34,814 nt of DNA. Source: Chloroflexota bacterium. Lineage in GTDB: Bacteria; Chloroflexota; Dormibacteria; CF-121. The translations under genes were made by a program, and so were the position numbers. Where the stretch lies: positions 1 through 34,814 of the forward strand of contig VBIS01000028.1 of the NCBI GenBank assembly GCA_005880605.1, read 5' to 3'. Under the pieces are notes generated by a model that saw only the letters and a list, made by a program, of their open reading frames with translations, made no database searches and was not told the DNA's origin. Positions 11,325 through 20,128 of this stretch are shown here, piece after piece (positions within the stretch are counted from its first letter, which is position 1; each line of letters starts with the position of its first letter).

Positions 11325-12464
11325 ATGCGCATCGTCATCGCGCCCAATGCCTTCAAAGGGTCATTGTCCGCGCTCGAGGCGGCGACCGCGATCGGCGAGG
11401 GGATCCGCAACGCCGTGCCCGATGCAGAGCTGGTGCTGGTGCCGATTGCGGACGGCGGTGACGGCACGGTGGATGCGCTAGTGGCGGCGACGCAAGGCGA
11501 ACGACGCACGCTCCGGGTTCGCGGGCCACTGGGTGATCCGGTCGACGCCGAGTACGGACTGATCGATGGAGGGTCGACTGCGGTGATCGAAATGGCCAAG
11601 GCGGCGGGCCTCGCGCTCGTGCTCAAGGACAAACGCGATCCCCGGATCACCACCACCTACGGCGTCGGCGAGCTGTTGCAACACGCGTACGATGCGGGCG
11701 CGCGCCATTTCGTGGTCGGCATCGGAGGCAGCGCGACCAACGACGGCGGCGCCGGCATGGCGCAGGCGCTTGGTTACCACCTGCTCGACGAACGTGGTCT
11801 CGAGCTGCCTCCCGGCGGACTGGCCCTGAAGCGTTTGGCGCGGATCCACGTGGGCGGCGTCCACGCCACCTGGAAGCAAGCGGAGGTCGAGGTGGCCTGC
11901 GATGTCACCAACCCGCTGACCGGCCCGCGCGGCGCGAGCGCCGTCTACGGCCCGCAGAAGGGCGCGACGCCTGAAATGGTGGCGGAACTCGATGCCGCGC
12001 TCCATCACTTCGCCGAGATCATCCGCCGCGACCTCGGGGTGGACGTCGAGCCCTTGCCGGGTGCCGGCGCGGCGGGCGGTCTGGGTGCCGGGCTCGTCGC
12101 GTTTTTAGGCGCCCGGCTGGGGCCCGGCGCCGAGATGGTGATGGAGGCGCTGCACCTCGACGAACGCCTGACCGGCGCCCAGCTTGTGATCACCGGCGAG
12201 GGCCGCATCGATTCCCAAACGGCGCGTTTCGGGAAAGGCCCGGCCGCGGTGGCCCACCACGCGAAAAACGCGGGCATCCCGGTGGTCGCCATCGGCGGCA
12301 GCATCGCCGACGAGACCGAGCTCCGGCTACTCTTCGACGGACTCGAGGCCACCGTCGTCGAACCCAGCGCCCTCGAAGACGCGATGGCCCAGGCGCGGCC
12401 GCTGCTGGTGCGGGCGGCAACCCGCCTGATGTGGCTGGTGTTGACGGGGCGACGCCAAGCGTAA
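11325..12464 (+). CDS. glxK: Glycerate kinase (GlxK/GarK family)
   Basis: IVIAPNAFKGSL, PIADGGDGT, GIGGSATNDGGAGM, ACDVTNPL, VYGPQKGA, GAGAAGG, ITGEGRID. Confidence 0.93.
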   Translation: MRIVIAPNAFKGSLSALEAATAIGEGIRNAVPDAELVLVPIADGGDGTVDALVAATQGERRTLRVRGPLGDPVDAEYGLIDGGSTAVIEMAKAAGLALVLKDKRDPRITTTYGVGELLQHAYDAGARHFVVGIGGSATNDGGAGMAQALGYHLLDERGLELPPGGLALKRLARIHVGGVHATWKQAEVEVACDVTNPLTGPRGASAVYGPQKGATPEMVAELDAALHHFAEIIRRDLGVDVEPLPGAGAAGGLGAGLVAFLGARLGPGAEMVMEALHLDERLTGAQLVITGEGRIDSQTARFGKGPAAVAHHAKNAGIPVVAIGGSIADETELRLLFDGLEATVVEPSALEDAMAQARPLLVRAATRLMWLVLTGRRQA

Positions 12465-12481
12465 GGGCCGCCCCGACCACC

Positions 12482-12487
12482 TAAGAT
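12482..12487 (+). promoter_or_regulatory. Putative -10 TAAGAT, leaderless geometry
   Basis: Exactly 6 nt before ATG 12494. Confidence 0.45.
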
Positions 12488-12525
12488 CGCAGCATGCCTC
12501 ACCGCCACGACACACGCATATCATC

Positions 12526-12735
12526 ATGACGGCGCCGGCTGAGAGCGCCGGGAAGGCATCGCAGCACCGGCACCGGCTGGAGTCGCCGTTCGAGCACGAC
12601 CATCCCTCGGAGAAAGCGCGGCACCGTCACCAGCTCGGGGAGATCGAGCATGAAGAACGGGATCGCCACTGGCACGGCGTGGAGATCACGGAGATCGAGA
12701 TGACGATCGAGCCCCCGAGACGCGCTGGGGATTAG
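12526..12735 (+). CDS. Small His-rich hypothetical protein (four HxH motifs), possibly metal-binding; true start may be 12494 via a frameshift
   Basis: 69 aa with 9 His (HRH, HDH, HRH, HWH). Fills the gap between glxK and the sigma gene and overlaps the latter's stop by 4 nt. Confidence 0.6.
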   Translation: MTAPAESAGKASQHRHRLESPFEHDHPSEKARHRHQLGEIEHEERDRHWHGVEITEIEMTIEPPRRAGD

Positions 12736-13625
12736 TGCTTGCGGTAACCGCCCTGGACGCGCCCGTCCATAAAGGAGATCTTCGGATGACGCACCTTCGA
12801 CGTCAAGCGGCGCGTGACCACGCCGGTATTGAGCTGCACGATGACATCGTTGCGTTGCAGATGCGGCGGGTTTGGATACCGCTCGGTGCAGGTGGGGCAG
12901 GAGTCGAGGTGCTGCGCCACCATCTTGCGCTGCTCCCGCCGTAGCGTCCCAGGCGGGAAGTTATCGAGGAGATAGGCGATCGTCGGGCAGCGCGTCTCTT
13001 CGGTCTGGGCCTTCCCCTCCATGAAGAGATATTCTTCCTTGAATCTCCGGCGCGCTCGGTGCAGCAGCGTTTCCACGGCGCTTTCCGAGACTTTCATTTT
13101 GCGGGCGATGTTGGCGTAGCTCAGACCCTGAAGCTCACGGAGCGTCAAAACCAACCGGTATTTCTCGGGTAAGCGGCGCGCGACCGACCAGACGGCGTCA
13201 CGCAGTTCGCTGATTTCAAGGGCGACCTCCGGGCTCTTGCGAGCGTCGCCATCCGGCACCTGAAGCACGGAGTCTTCGCTCTCTTCGTCGTCGATCTCCT
13301 GGGCTTCGGGGAACTTCTTGCGGCGCCGCAGCTCGTCGTAGCAGAGGTTGGTGGCGATTCGGTGGATCCAGGCCGAGAAGTTGAAGCTGTCGTTGATGCG
13401 GTGGATGGTCCGGAGGATCTGGAAAAAGGTCTCCTGGGTGAGATCCTCGGCCAGCTGGCGATCGCGTAGAAGCCTGAATGTCAGACCGTAGATCGCCTTG
13501 TGGTACCTGCGAAATAGCGTGTCGAAGGCGGCTACGTCGCCGCCGAGATAATCGCGTATGAGATCGAGATCCGAGGGCCCCTTGGCAACTCGCGTCACTA
13601 CTGTCTCCCACCCCGGACTCGGCAA
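12732..13625 (-). CDS. ECF RNA polymerase sigma factor with fused C-terminal ZAS-type (zf-HC2) zinc finger
   Basis: Region 2 AEDLTQETF, FSAWIHRIATNLCYDELRRR; region 4 LPEKYRLVLTLRELQGLSYANIA..VETLLHRARRRF; then C-x25-HLDSCPTC. Alternative start GTG 13598. Confidence 0.92.
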   Translation of the reverse strand: MPSPGWETVVTRVAKGPSDLDLIRDYLGGDVAAFDTLFRRYHKAIYGLTFRLLRDRQLAEDLTQETFFQILRTIHRINDSFNFSAWIHRIATNLCYDELRRRKKFPEAQEIDDEESEDSVLQVPDGDARKSPEVALEISELRDAVWSVARRLPEKYRLVLTLRELQGLSYANIARKMKVSESAVETLLHRARRRFKEEYLFMEGKAQTEETRCPTIAYLLDNFPPGTLRREQRKMVAQHLDSCPTCTERYPNPPHLQRNDVIVQLNTGVVTRRLTSKVRHPKISFMDGRVQGGYRKH

Positions 13626-13667
13626 AATCGTTCGACGAGAGGTCTCTCCCGCCGAGTCGCGCGGCGA

Positions 13668-13676
13668 ATCATAGCA
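13668..13676 (-). promoter_or_regulatory. Putative extended -10 (TGcTATGAT) for the sigma gene
   Basis: TGn-TAnnAT in the divergent intergenic region. Confidence 0.5.
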
Positions 13677-13770
13677 CCCAGTCTTGCGCTGATTGCACGC
13701 CTCAGCGACGCAATTTCCAACTTTGTCACACGGCCGCGACCTTTTCGCAGGAGTTCCGCAAACGGCTCGT

Positions 13771-13776
13771 TATAAT
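13771..13776 (+). promoter_or_regulatory. Putative -10 TATAAT for the SHOCT gene
   Basis: Consensus hexamer overlapping ATG 13775, which favours ATG 13808 (GAGGG SD upstream) as the start. Confidence 0.55.
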
Positions 13777-13807
13777 GCCGCTGACGTCACCTTCACGAGG
13801 GCCAAAA

Positions 13808-14389
13808 ATGGGTAGTCCCCAGGCTGGAAAAGCCACCACCGTCACAGTCCGGTTTCTTGACGACGAGATCATGGAAGGCCAGGTCGGCGCGGTTGACCTG
13901 GACCAGCCGAACATCGAGCTCGAGATGCCGGACGACGGCAGCAACAATGAGCGTGCCCTCATCCCGTTGCCCTCGATCAAGCGCATCACCCTCACCGCCG
14001 GGTCGCCGACCCCCGACGAGCAGGCGCGGGCCGGCAAGAAGGTCGCCATCCGCTTCCAGGACGGAGAAGTCCTGCGGGGCTATCTCGACGGCGAGCTGCA
14101 GCATGCCAGCCACGGGGTGACGATGCGCCTGATGACCGTGGAGAAGGATCGCATCGAAACCCTGGGCATTCCCTATACCGCCCTGAAGGCGCTCTTCTAC
14201 TTGAAGACCTGGGACACCAGGCCGATGGAGTTCGACGGCGTAAAGGATCGGCATGTAAGCAAGCGGCTTTCCTCGCCTCTCGTGGACCTGATTTCCAACA
14301 TGGGTCAGCTCGAAAAGCTCCGCAAGCGGGGCTCCATTACCGAGGGCGAATTCCAACGGAAGCGCCGCAAGATCCTCGATAACATCTAA
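13808..14389 (+). CDS. Hypothetical protein: two tandem small beta domains plus C-terminal SHOCT domain
   Basis: Internal repeat VTVRFLDDEIMEG...IPLPSIKRI versus VAIRFQDGEVLRG...IPYTALKAL; SHOCT-like QLEKLRKRGSITEGEFQRKRRKIL. Confidence 0.8.
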   Translation: MGSPQAGKATTVTVRFLDDEIMEGQVGAVDLDQPNIELEMPDDGSNNERALIPLPSIKRITLTAGSPTPDEQARAGKKVAIRFQDGEVLRGYLDGELQHASHGVTMRLMTVEKDRIETLGIPYTALKALFYLKTWDTRPMEFDGVKDRHVSKRLSSPLVDLISNMGQLEKLRKRGSITEGEFQRKRRKILDNI

Positions 14390-14457
14390 CACGCGGCCCT
14401 TTCCACACCGGGGGCCGCCTAAAGCTGACACGCGGCCCTTTCCACACCGGGGGCCGC
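14389..14457. repeat. Two identical 30-nt hairpin-forming direct repeats separated by 9 nt
   Basis: ACACGCGGCCCTTTCCACACCGGGGGCCGC at 14389-14418 and 14428-14457; stem GCGGCCC/GGGCCGC. Confidence 0.95.
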
Positions 14458-16184
14458 TTGCAGTCGTTGCCCTGGCGCTGCTGCCTCTCCTTGGCGGCTG
14501 CAGTTCCCTGCCCTCCGTCCCTGGGATCTCGCTGGGCACCGCCAGCCCTCCCGGGTCCCAGTACCAGCCCGAGCCCGCTCGCCACGAGGGCGGAACCCTG
14601 GTGGTGGGGGACTGGGAGAGCCCGACGAACTTTTCCCCGCTCTTCAACGAGGAGGTACCCGCCGCACAGGTCGACGCCTTGCTCTATGCCGGCCTGGTGA
14701 AGCTCGACAGCAGCCTGCAACCGATCGCCGATCTCGTCGAGCGGGTGCCGACCATGCAAAACGGGGACGTGAGCTGGAACCGCGGTGCCGGCACGGTGGA
14801 CGTGTCCTATCGGCTGCGCTCCGGACTTCGCTGGTCCGACGGACAGCCGCTGACCTCAGACGATGTGGCCTTCACCTGGCGGCTGATCGTCAACCCGCTG
14901 GTCCAGGGCGTTCTCTCCCCGGACGGCTACCGGTCGATCTCGCGGGTCGACATCCACGACGGGCAGCGCTTCACGCTGCACTTCGATCGGGTCTATCCCA
15001 AATATCTCAACCTCTTCCCGGCCATCCTGCCGCAGCATCGGTTGGGTGGGATTGCCCCCGAGAAGCTGGGGAGTGATCCCTTCTGGGGCCGACCGGATGT
15101 GGTCAGCGGTCCCTTCAAGATCTCGGAAATGATGCCGGACGACCACATCTCGCTGATTCGCAACGAGGCCTGGTCGCAAGGACGGTCGGGACGGCGGCCG
15201 CACCTGGACGGGATTATCTACAAGCTCTTCCCCGAATCCGGCCAGCTCGTCGATGCGGCCCGCGCGGGCCAGGTATCGCTGGCACTCGAAATCCCGGATG
15301 ACCAGCTGTCGACCTTGACCAACACCGGGTCGGCGACCCTGCAGCATCGATCCCAGCTGGCCTACGAGCAGGTCACCTTCAACCAGGCCTCTCCGAACCC
15401 GGCGACTGGCCAGCCGCCGCCCTGGAAGGACGATCCGGCACTCCTCCAGGCGCTTCGTTTAGCGATCGACCGGCCCGGGATGGTCAAGAAATTCTTTCGC
15501 GGTCTGGCGCAGCTAGCCCAGTCACCGATCCCCAGTGCGCTGGCTTCTTTTCACGATCCCAACGTCTCGCTCAGCTACGACCTGGGGGCGGCCACCCGGC
15601 TGCTCGAGGGCGACGGATGGGTGGTGGGGCCGGATGGCATTCGCAGCAAGCAGGGACGGCGTCTGAGTTTTCACCTGGTGACGGCGCTCGGCAGTCCCCT
15701 GCGCAACGCCATCCGCGATCAGATGATCGCGGACTGGCACAAACTCGGTGCCGAGGTGATCGCCACCGAGGCTCACCCCAGCGAGCTATTCAGCGGCTAT
15801 GCGGAGGGTGGCTTGCTGGAGCGCGGCCAGTTCGAGGCCGGGTTGTGGACCTGGAGCATCGGTCCCGACCCTGACGGCGTCTATCCACTCGAGCATTCAT
15901 CGCAGATCCCTACTGATCAGAACCAGGGGCGGGGCTCGAACTTCGGTCGCTTCACCAGTCCGGATCTCGATCGCAACCTCGATCGCGGTCGCGGCACCCT
16001 CGTGATGATCGAGCGGGCCAAGGCCTACGCCGCTTTCGAGCGCAGCTACGCGCACGTGGGTTACGAGCTACCGCTCTTCGAACGGGTGCTGGTCGTCCTC
16101 GCCAGCCCACATTTGCACAATCTGATGCCCAATCCCGCGCCCGATACCACGCTCTGGAACGCAGCCGACTGGTGGATGGAGTGA
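14457..16184 (+). CDS. Peptide/nickel ABC transporter substrate-binding lipoprotein (family 5), start codon unresolved
   Basis: The frame extends upstream of GTG 14601 through LAVVALALLPLLGGC (lipobox) with no ATG/GTG/TTG. Motifs LRSGLRWSDGQPLTSDDVAFTW, VVSGPFKI, LRLAIDR. Confidence 0.88.
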   Translation, partial: LAVVALALLPLLGGCSSLPSVPGISLGTASPPGSQYQPEPARHEGGTLVVGDWESPTNFSPLFNEEVPAAQVDALLYAGLVKLDSSLQPIADLVERVPTMQNGDVSWNRGAGTVDVSYRLRSGLRWSDGQPLTSDDVAFTWRLIVNPLVQGVLSPDGYRSISRVDIHDGQRFTLHFDRVYPKYLNLFPAILPQHRLGGIAPEKLGSDPFWGRPDVVSGPFKISEMMPDDHISLIRNEAWSQGRSGRRPHLDGIIYKLFPESGQLVDAARAGQVSLALEIPDDQLSTLTNTGSATLQHRSQLAYEQVTFNQASPNPATGQPPPWKDDPALLQALRLAIDRPGMVKKFFRGLAQLAQSPIPSALASFHDPNVSLSYDLGAATRLLEGDGWVVGPDGIRSKQGRRLSFHLVTALGSPLRNAIRDQMIADWHKLGAEVIATEAHPSELFSGYAEGGLLERGQFEAGLWTWSIGPDPDGVYPLEHSSQIPTDQNQGRGSNFGRFTSPDLDRNLDRGRGTLVMIERAKAYAAFERSYAHVGYELPLFERVLVVLASPHLHNLMPNPAPDTTLWNAADWWME

Positions 16185-16224
16185 ATCGGCCATGTTAACG
16201 AACCTTAGAAAAGCCGGACTTTCG

Positions 16225-16254
16225 TTGACCCTCTTGGGTGGCCGCCCGTAGAAT
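16225..16254 (+). promoter_or_regulatory. Putative sigma-70 promoter for the second binding protein/opp operon
   Basis: TTGACC(16225)-N18-TAGAAT(16249). Confidence 0.6.
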
Positions 16255-16284
16255 GCGCCCACCATCAGGCCCACCAGAGCTCGT

Positions 16285-18093
16285 ATGACGGGAGCCCGCC
16301 CACGCTGGTTGCACCTGCTCGTGGTGGCAACGGCGGGAACGGTCATGCTGGTTGCCTGCGCGCCGAGCACGGGCACGACCACCTCGTCACCCAGGGCGGG
16401 TGGGAAGCTCACCGTTGCTTCCTGGCAGGAGCAGGACAGCTTGCTGGCTTGCAACATCACATCAGCCGCCTCGCATGCCTGCGCCTACATCAACCCGGCG
16501 ATGGAAGGGCTGCTGACCGTCAAGGCGAACCAGGACCCGCTGCCCAGTAACCCGAAGCTGTCCGATTACTGGGTTCCGGAGCTGGCTACCGAGGTCCCGA
16601 CCCTCGAAAACGGGGACGTCAAGGTCAGCGGGAACAAAATGGACGTAACCTGGAAGCTCCGACACGGTGTCAAGTGGCACGACGGTGTGGCCTTCAGCTC
16701 CAAGGACGTCAGGGCAACGTTCGACTTCTGGTGGCTCAAGTACCGCGACAAGAACCCGACGCCGCTGCTCTCGACCAGTGGATGGGACCAGGTCGATAGC
16801 GTCGATACGCCAGACGAGTTCACCACCATCGTTCACTTCAAGAGCGTGTACGCCGCCTACCTGACCCTGGGAACCGGCCCCTACGGTGTCCTGCCCGACC
16901 ATCTGTTGCAGCAGGTCTGGGCCAAGACCGGCGATATCACCCACGACAAAGTCACGGTCAGCATTCCAGGCGGCTATAGCGGCTCCGACACGCTCGACAA
17001 GGTCATGGTCGGCACCGGGCCCTTCATGTTCAAGGAATGGGTGACCGGAGACCACCTGACGCTGGCGAGAAATCCCCACTGGTGGGGTGGTGGTGGCCGG
17101 CCCTACCTCAACGAGATCCGGGTGAAATTCGACGCGGACGCTAACACCGAGCTCAATGAGCTGCGCACCAACACCGTCGACATGGCGCTCGACCTCCGGC
17201 CGTCGTTGCTGCCATCGCTTTCCAAGCAAAGCGACGTCACCACGGTCACGATCCTGGACAGTGCCACCGAGCACCTCGACATCAACCTGCACAACACCTT
17301 CCTGAAGGACGTCACCCTGCGAAAGGCGATCCTGATGGCGATCGACCGGCAGCGGATCGTGGACACGTTGCTCCTGGGGCGGACGGTGGTGCCTCCCGAC
17401 GCCTGGATGTGCATCCAGACCGGCGCCTGGTGCCTGGATCCGAATGCCAAGCACACCCCTTACGACGTCTCGGCGGCCAACAAGTTGCTCAATGACGCCG
17501 GTTACACGATGCAGACGTCCGGCCCCTGCAAAGGATTTCGTACCGACCCGCAGGGACGCTGCGTGCAGTTGCACCTGATCACGACCACCTTGCCCCTGCG
17601 CGAGGAGCAGGAAGTCGTGATCGCCTCCGACCTGGCGGGGATCGGGATCCAGGTCATCAAGCCGTTCGCCAACGTCCCGGCCAGCCGGATGTTCGGCTCC
17701 TGCACCAGCGGCGGGATCATCTACAGCCACAACTTCGACCTCGCGATGTACACCAACAACTACAGCTACCCGGCGGAGCCCGATTCGCTCGCCTACACCG
17801 CCTACCACAGCTCGCAAATTCCAACCGACGCCAATGGCTGCGTCGGGCAGAACACGACCTTCATGAGCGACCCGCAGCTCGACCAGGCGCTCGATCAGGC
17901 CCGCTTGTCGGTCAAGCTGTCCGACCGCAAGGACAAGTACATCGTGGCCCAGAAGCGGCTGGCCGACGTCGTTCCCGAGATTCCGCTCTACCAGGCGGTG
18001 GACGTCGAAGCTTACAACAAGAAGCTGGCCGGCTACAAGGGCAACGAGTTCTGGTGGATGAACCAGTCCGCCGATTGGTACATCAGCCAATAA
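16285..18093 (+). CDS. oppA: Peptide ABC transporter substrate-binding lipoprotein (OppA/DppA family)
   Basis: Lipobox LVAC; LRHGVKWHDGVAFSSKDV, VGTGPFMFKEW, LRKAILMAIDR. Confidence 0.92.
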   Translation: MTGARPRWLHLLVVATAGTVMLVACAPSTGTTTSSPRAGGKLTVASWQEQDSLLACNITSAASHACAYINPAMEGLLTVKANQDPLPSNPKLSDYWVPELATEVPTLENGDVKVSGNKMDVTWKLRHGVKWHDGVAFSSKDVRATFDFWWLKYRDKNPTPLLSTSGWDQVDSVDTPDEFTTIVHFKSVYAAYLTLGTGPYGVLPDHLLQQVWAKTGDITHDKVTVSIPGGYSGSDTLDKVMVGTGPFMFKEWVTGDHLTLARNPHWWGGGGRPYLNEIRVKFDADANTELNELRTNTVDMALDLRPSLLPSLSKQSDVTTVTILDSATEHLDINLHNTFLKDVTLRKAILMAIDRQRIVDTLLLGRTVVPPDAWMCIQTGAWCLDPNAKHTPYDVSAANKLLNDAGYTMQTSGPCKGFRTDPQGRCVQLHLITTTLPLREEQEVVIASDLAGIGIQVIKPFANVPASRMFGSCTSGGIIYSHNFDLAMYTNNYSYPAEPDSLAYTAYHSSQIPTDANGCVGQNTTFMSDPQLDQALDQARLSVKLSDRKDKYIVAQKRLADVVPEIPLYQAVDVEAYNKKLAGYKGNEFWWMNQSADWYISQ

Positions 18094-18170
18094 TTCTTCT
18101 CCCCCTCTCGAGCGGGCCCGTCGGCCCACGCGAGCGGCGCTTCAGTGCCGGGCGAGCCTTTGAGACATTC

Positions 18171-18194
18171 AGGGTGGGGGCTTAGGGTGGGGGC
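18171..18194 (+). repeat. 11-nt direct repeat AGGGTGGGGGC x2; potential G-quadruplex and -10 (TAGGGT) directly before oppB
   Basis: Copies at 18171-18181 and 18184-18194; four G-tracts with loops of 1, 4 and 1 nt; TAGGGT at 18183-18188 is 6 nt before GTG 18195. Confidence 0.7.
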
Positions 18195-19190
18195 GTGACC
18201 AAATACGTCGTTCGCCGCATCCTGCAGGCGATCCCGCTCCTGCTCGTCATCTCCTTCGTCCTCTTCGCCATCCTGCAGGTTCTGCCGGAGAAGCCATGGG
18301 ACCTGCTGTTGCGCAACCCCAGGATGACGGCCGCCGATCGGGCCCGACTGCTGAACTACTACGGGTTCAACCGCCCCTTCCTGGTTCAGTACCTGACCTA
18401 CATGCGCAACCTGCTGCACTTTGACCTGGGGTTTTCGTATTTCAGCCACCAGAGCACGGTCAGCCTGATTGCCGAGCGGCTGCCCAACACCGTCCTGCTG
18501 ATGGGCACCTCCTACATCTTCACGCTCCTGATCGCCATCCCGATCGGGATCGTGGCAGCGGTGAAACAATATTCGAGGCTCGATAACTTCCTGACGACCG
18601 GCGCGTTCATCGGCATCTCGCTGCCGCAGTTCTGGTTCGGGCTGATGCTGATCATCCTGCTCTCGGTGCTGCCCTACCAGCACCTTGGCTTCCGCCTCTT
18701 TCCCACCGACGGCATGTGGGACTCGGGCCATGAGGGAAACCTCGCCCATCTGAACCTCGGCGATCCGATCAACCTCGCCTGGCACCTGGTGCTGCCCGGG
18801 ATCGTGCTGGCGGTCCAATCGATCGCGCAATACAGCCGCTTCGTGCGCAGCAGCATGCTCGACGTGCTGAGCCAGGACTACATCCGGACCGCGCGCGCCA
18901 AGGGCCTCTCGCAGCTGCGGGTGGTGGTGCGCCACGGATTTCGCAACTCGCTGCTGCCTCTCATCACCCTGATGGGCCTGGACGTACCCCAGTTGTTCGC
19001 GGGGGCGCTGATCACCGAACAGGTCTTCACCTGGCCCGGCATGGGGCGGCTCTTCTGGGAATCAGCGGGGAAGGGCGATTACCAGGTGCTGCTCGGCATC
19101 ATGATCATCCTGGCGATCCTGGTCGTGCTCGGCAACCTGATCGCGGACCTGGCTTACGGTTGGGCCGATCCGCGGATCCAGTACCGATGA
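18195..19190 (+). CDS. oppB: Oligopeptide ABC transporter permease
   Basis: YVVRRILQAIP, ERLPNT, EAA-loop DYIRTARAKGL, ITEQVFTWPGMG, ADPRI. Confidence 0.93.
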   Translation: MTKYVVRRILQAIPLLLVISFVLFAILQVLPEKPWDLLLRNPRMTAADRARLLNYYGFNRPFLVQYLTYMRNLLHFDLGFSYFSHQSTVSLIAERLPNTVLLMGTSYIFTLLIAIPIGIVAAVKQYSRLDNFLTTGAFIGISLPQFWFGLMLIILLSVLPYQHLGFRLFPTDGMWDSGHEGNLAHLNLGDPINLAWHLVLPGIVLAVQSIAQYSRFVRSSMLDVLSQDYIRTARAKGLSQLRVVVRHGFRNSLLPLITLMGLDVPQLFAGALITEQVFTWPGMGRLFWESAGKGDYQVLLGIMIILAILVVLGNLIADLAYGWADPRIQYR

Positions 19191-20128
19191 TCAATCCCAC
19201 GCTCGAACAGTCGGAGCTGCCACCGGGAGCCGGGCAGCTCGTCCCTGACTACGACCTCACCCGGGAGATCGGCTACTACCAGCTGGTGTGGCGCCGGCTC
19301 CTTCGCCATCGCCTGGCGGTGATCTCCGGCGGCGTCCTCGTGCTGCTGGCCGTCGCCTGTTACCTTGGCCCGCTGCTGCTGCCCATGCGTTGGGACGAGC
19401 CCGACCTCTTCAATCGCTACGCCGCGCCCTCATTCCCGCACGTGATGGGCACCGACGACCTGGGGCGCGATCTCTTCAAGCGCATCCTCGAGGGCGGCCA
19501 GGTGTCACTCGCGGTCGGCGTACTGGCGATGCTGGTCACGATTATTCTGGGCGGTCTGATCGGTGCGCTGGCCGGCTACTTCGGACGACTGGCCGACAAC
19601 AGCATGATGCGCTTCACCGACGCCGTCCTCGCCATTCCGCAGATCTTCATCCTGATCCTGATCATCGCCTCCTTCCGCCAGGCGGGCCACACACCGGCCG
19701 TCATCATCCTCGCTATCGGAGTGACCTCCTGGCCCTACACCGCTCGCATCATCCGCTCGGTCGTCCTCTCGATCCGCGAAAAGGAGTTCGTCGAGGCTGC
19801 CCGGGCCACCGGCTCGGGTAACTTGAAGATCCTTGCACGCCACGTCCTCCCCAATGCTCTGGGCCCGATCATGGTGGCAGCCACCCTGACCATCGGCTTT
19901 GCCATCATCCTCGAGAGCGCGCTCAGCTTCCTCGGCTACGGGTTGGGTCCGCCGATCGCCTCCTGGGGCGGCATGCTCTTCAACGCCAACGCCTTCATCT
20001 ATGACGCGCCCTACGCGCCGTTCGCTGCGCTGTTCCCGGGCTTGATGATCCTGATCGCCGTGCTCTGCGTGAACTTCGTTGGCGACGGGCTGCGGGATGC
20101 CTTCGACCCTCGGTCCTTCGAGCGCTGA
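19187..20128 (+). CDS. oppC: Oligopeptide ABC transporter permease
   Basis: HVMGTDDLGRD, EFVEAARATG, HVLPNAL, ESALSFLG, NFVGDGLRDAFDPR; ATGA coupling to oppB. Confidence 0.93.
   Translation: MINPTLEQSELPPGAGQLVPDYDLTREIGYYQLVWRRLLRHRLAVISGGVLVLLAVACYLGPLLLPMRWDEPDLFNRYAAPSFPHVMGTDDLGRDLFKRILEGGQVSLAVGVLAMLVTIILGGLIGALAGYFGRLADNSMMRFTDAVLAIPQIFILILIIASFRQAGHTPAVIILAIGVTSWPYTARIIRSVVLSIREKEFVEAARATGSGNLKILARHVLPNALGPIMVAATLTIGFAIILESALSFLGYGLGPPIASWGGMLFNANAFIYDAPYAPFAALFPGLMILIAVLCVNFVGDGLRDAFDPRSFER

Noticed and set aside
14389-14457. Possible CRISPR mini-array
   Set aside because: Only two repeats, a 9-nt spacer, and no cas genes or leader.
16462-18129. 555-aa minus-strand ORF, and similar long antisense ORFs (10199-11656, 27345-28220, 30062-31342, 31120-32346)
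   Set aside because: Shadow ORFs of high-GC genes; they have no motifs and lie fully opposite well-supported CDSs.
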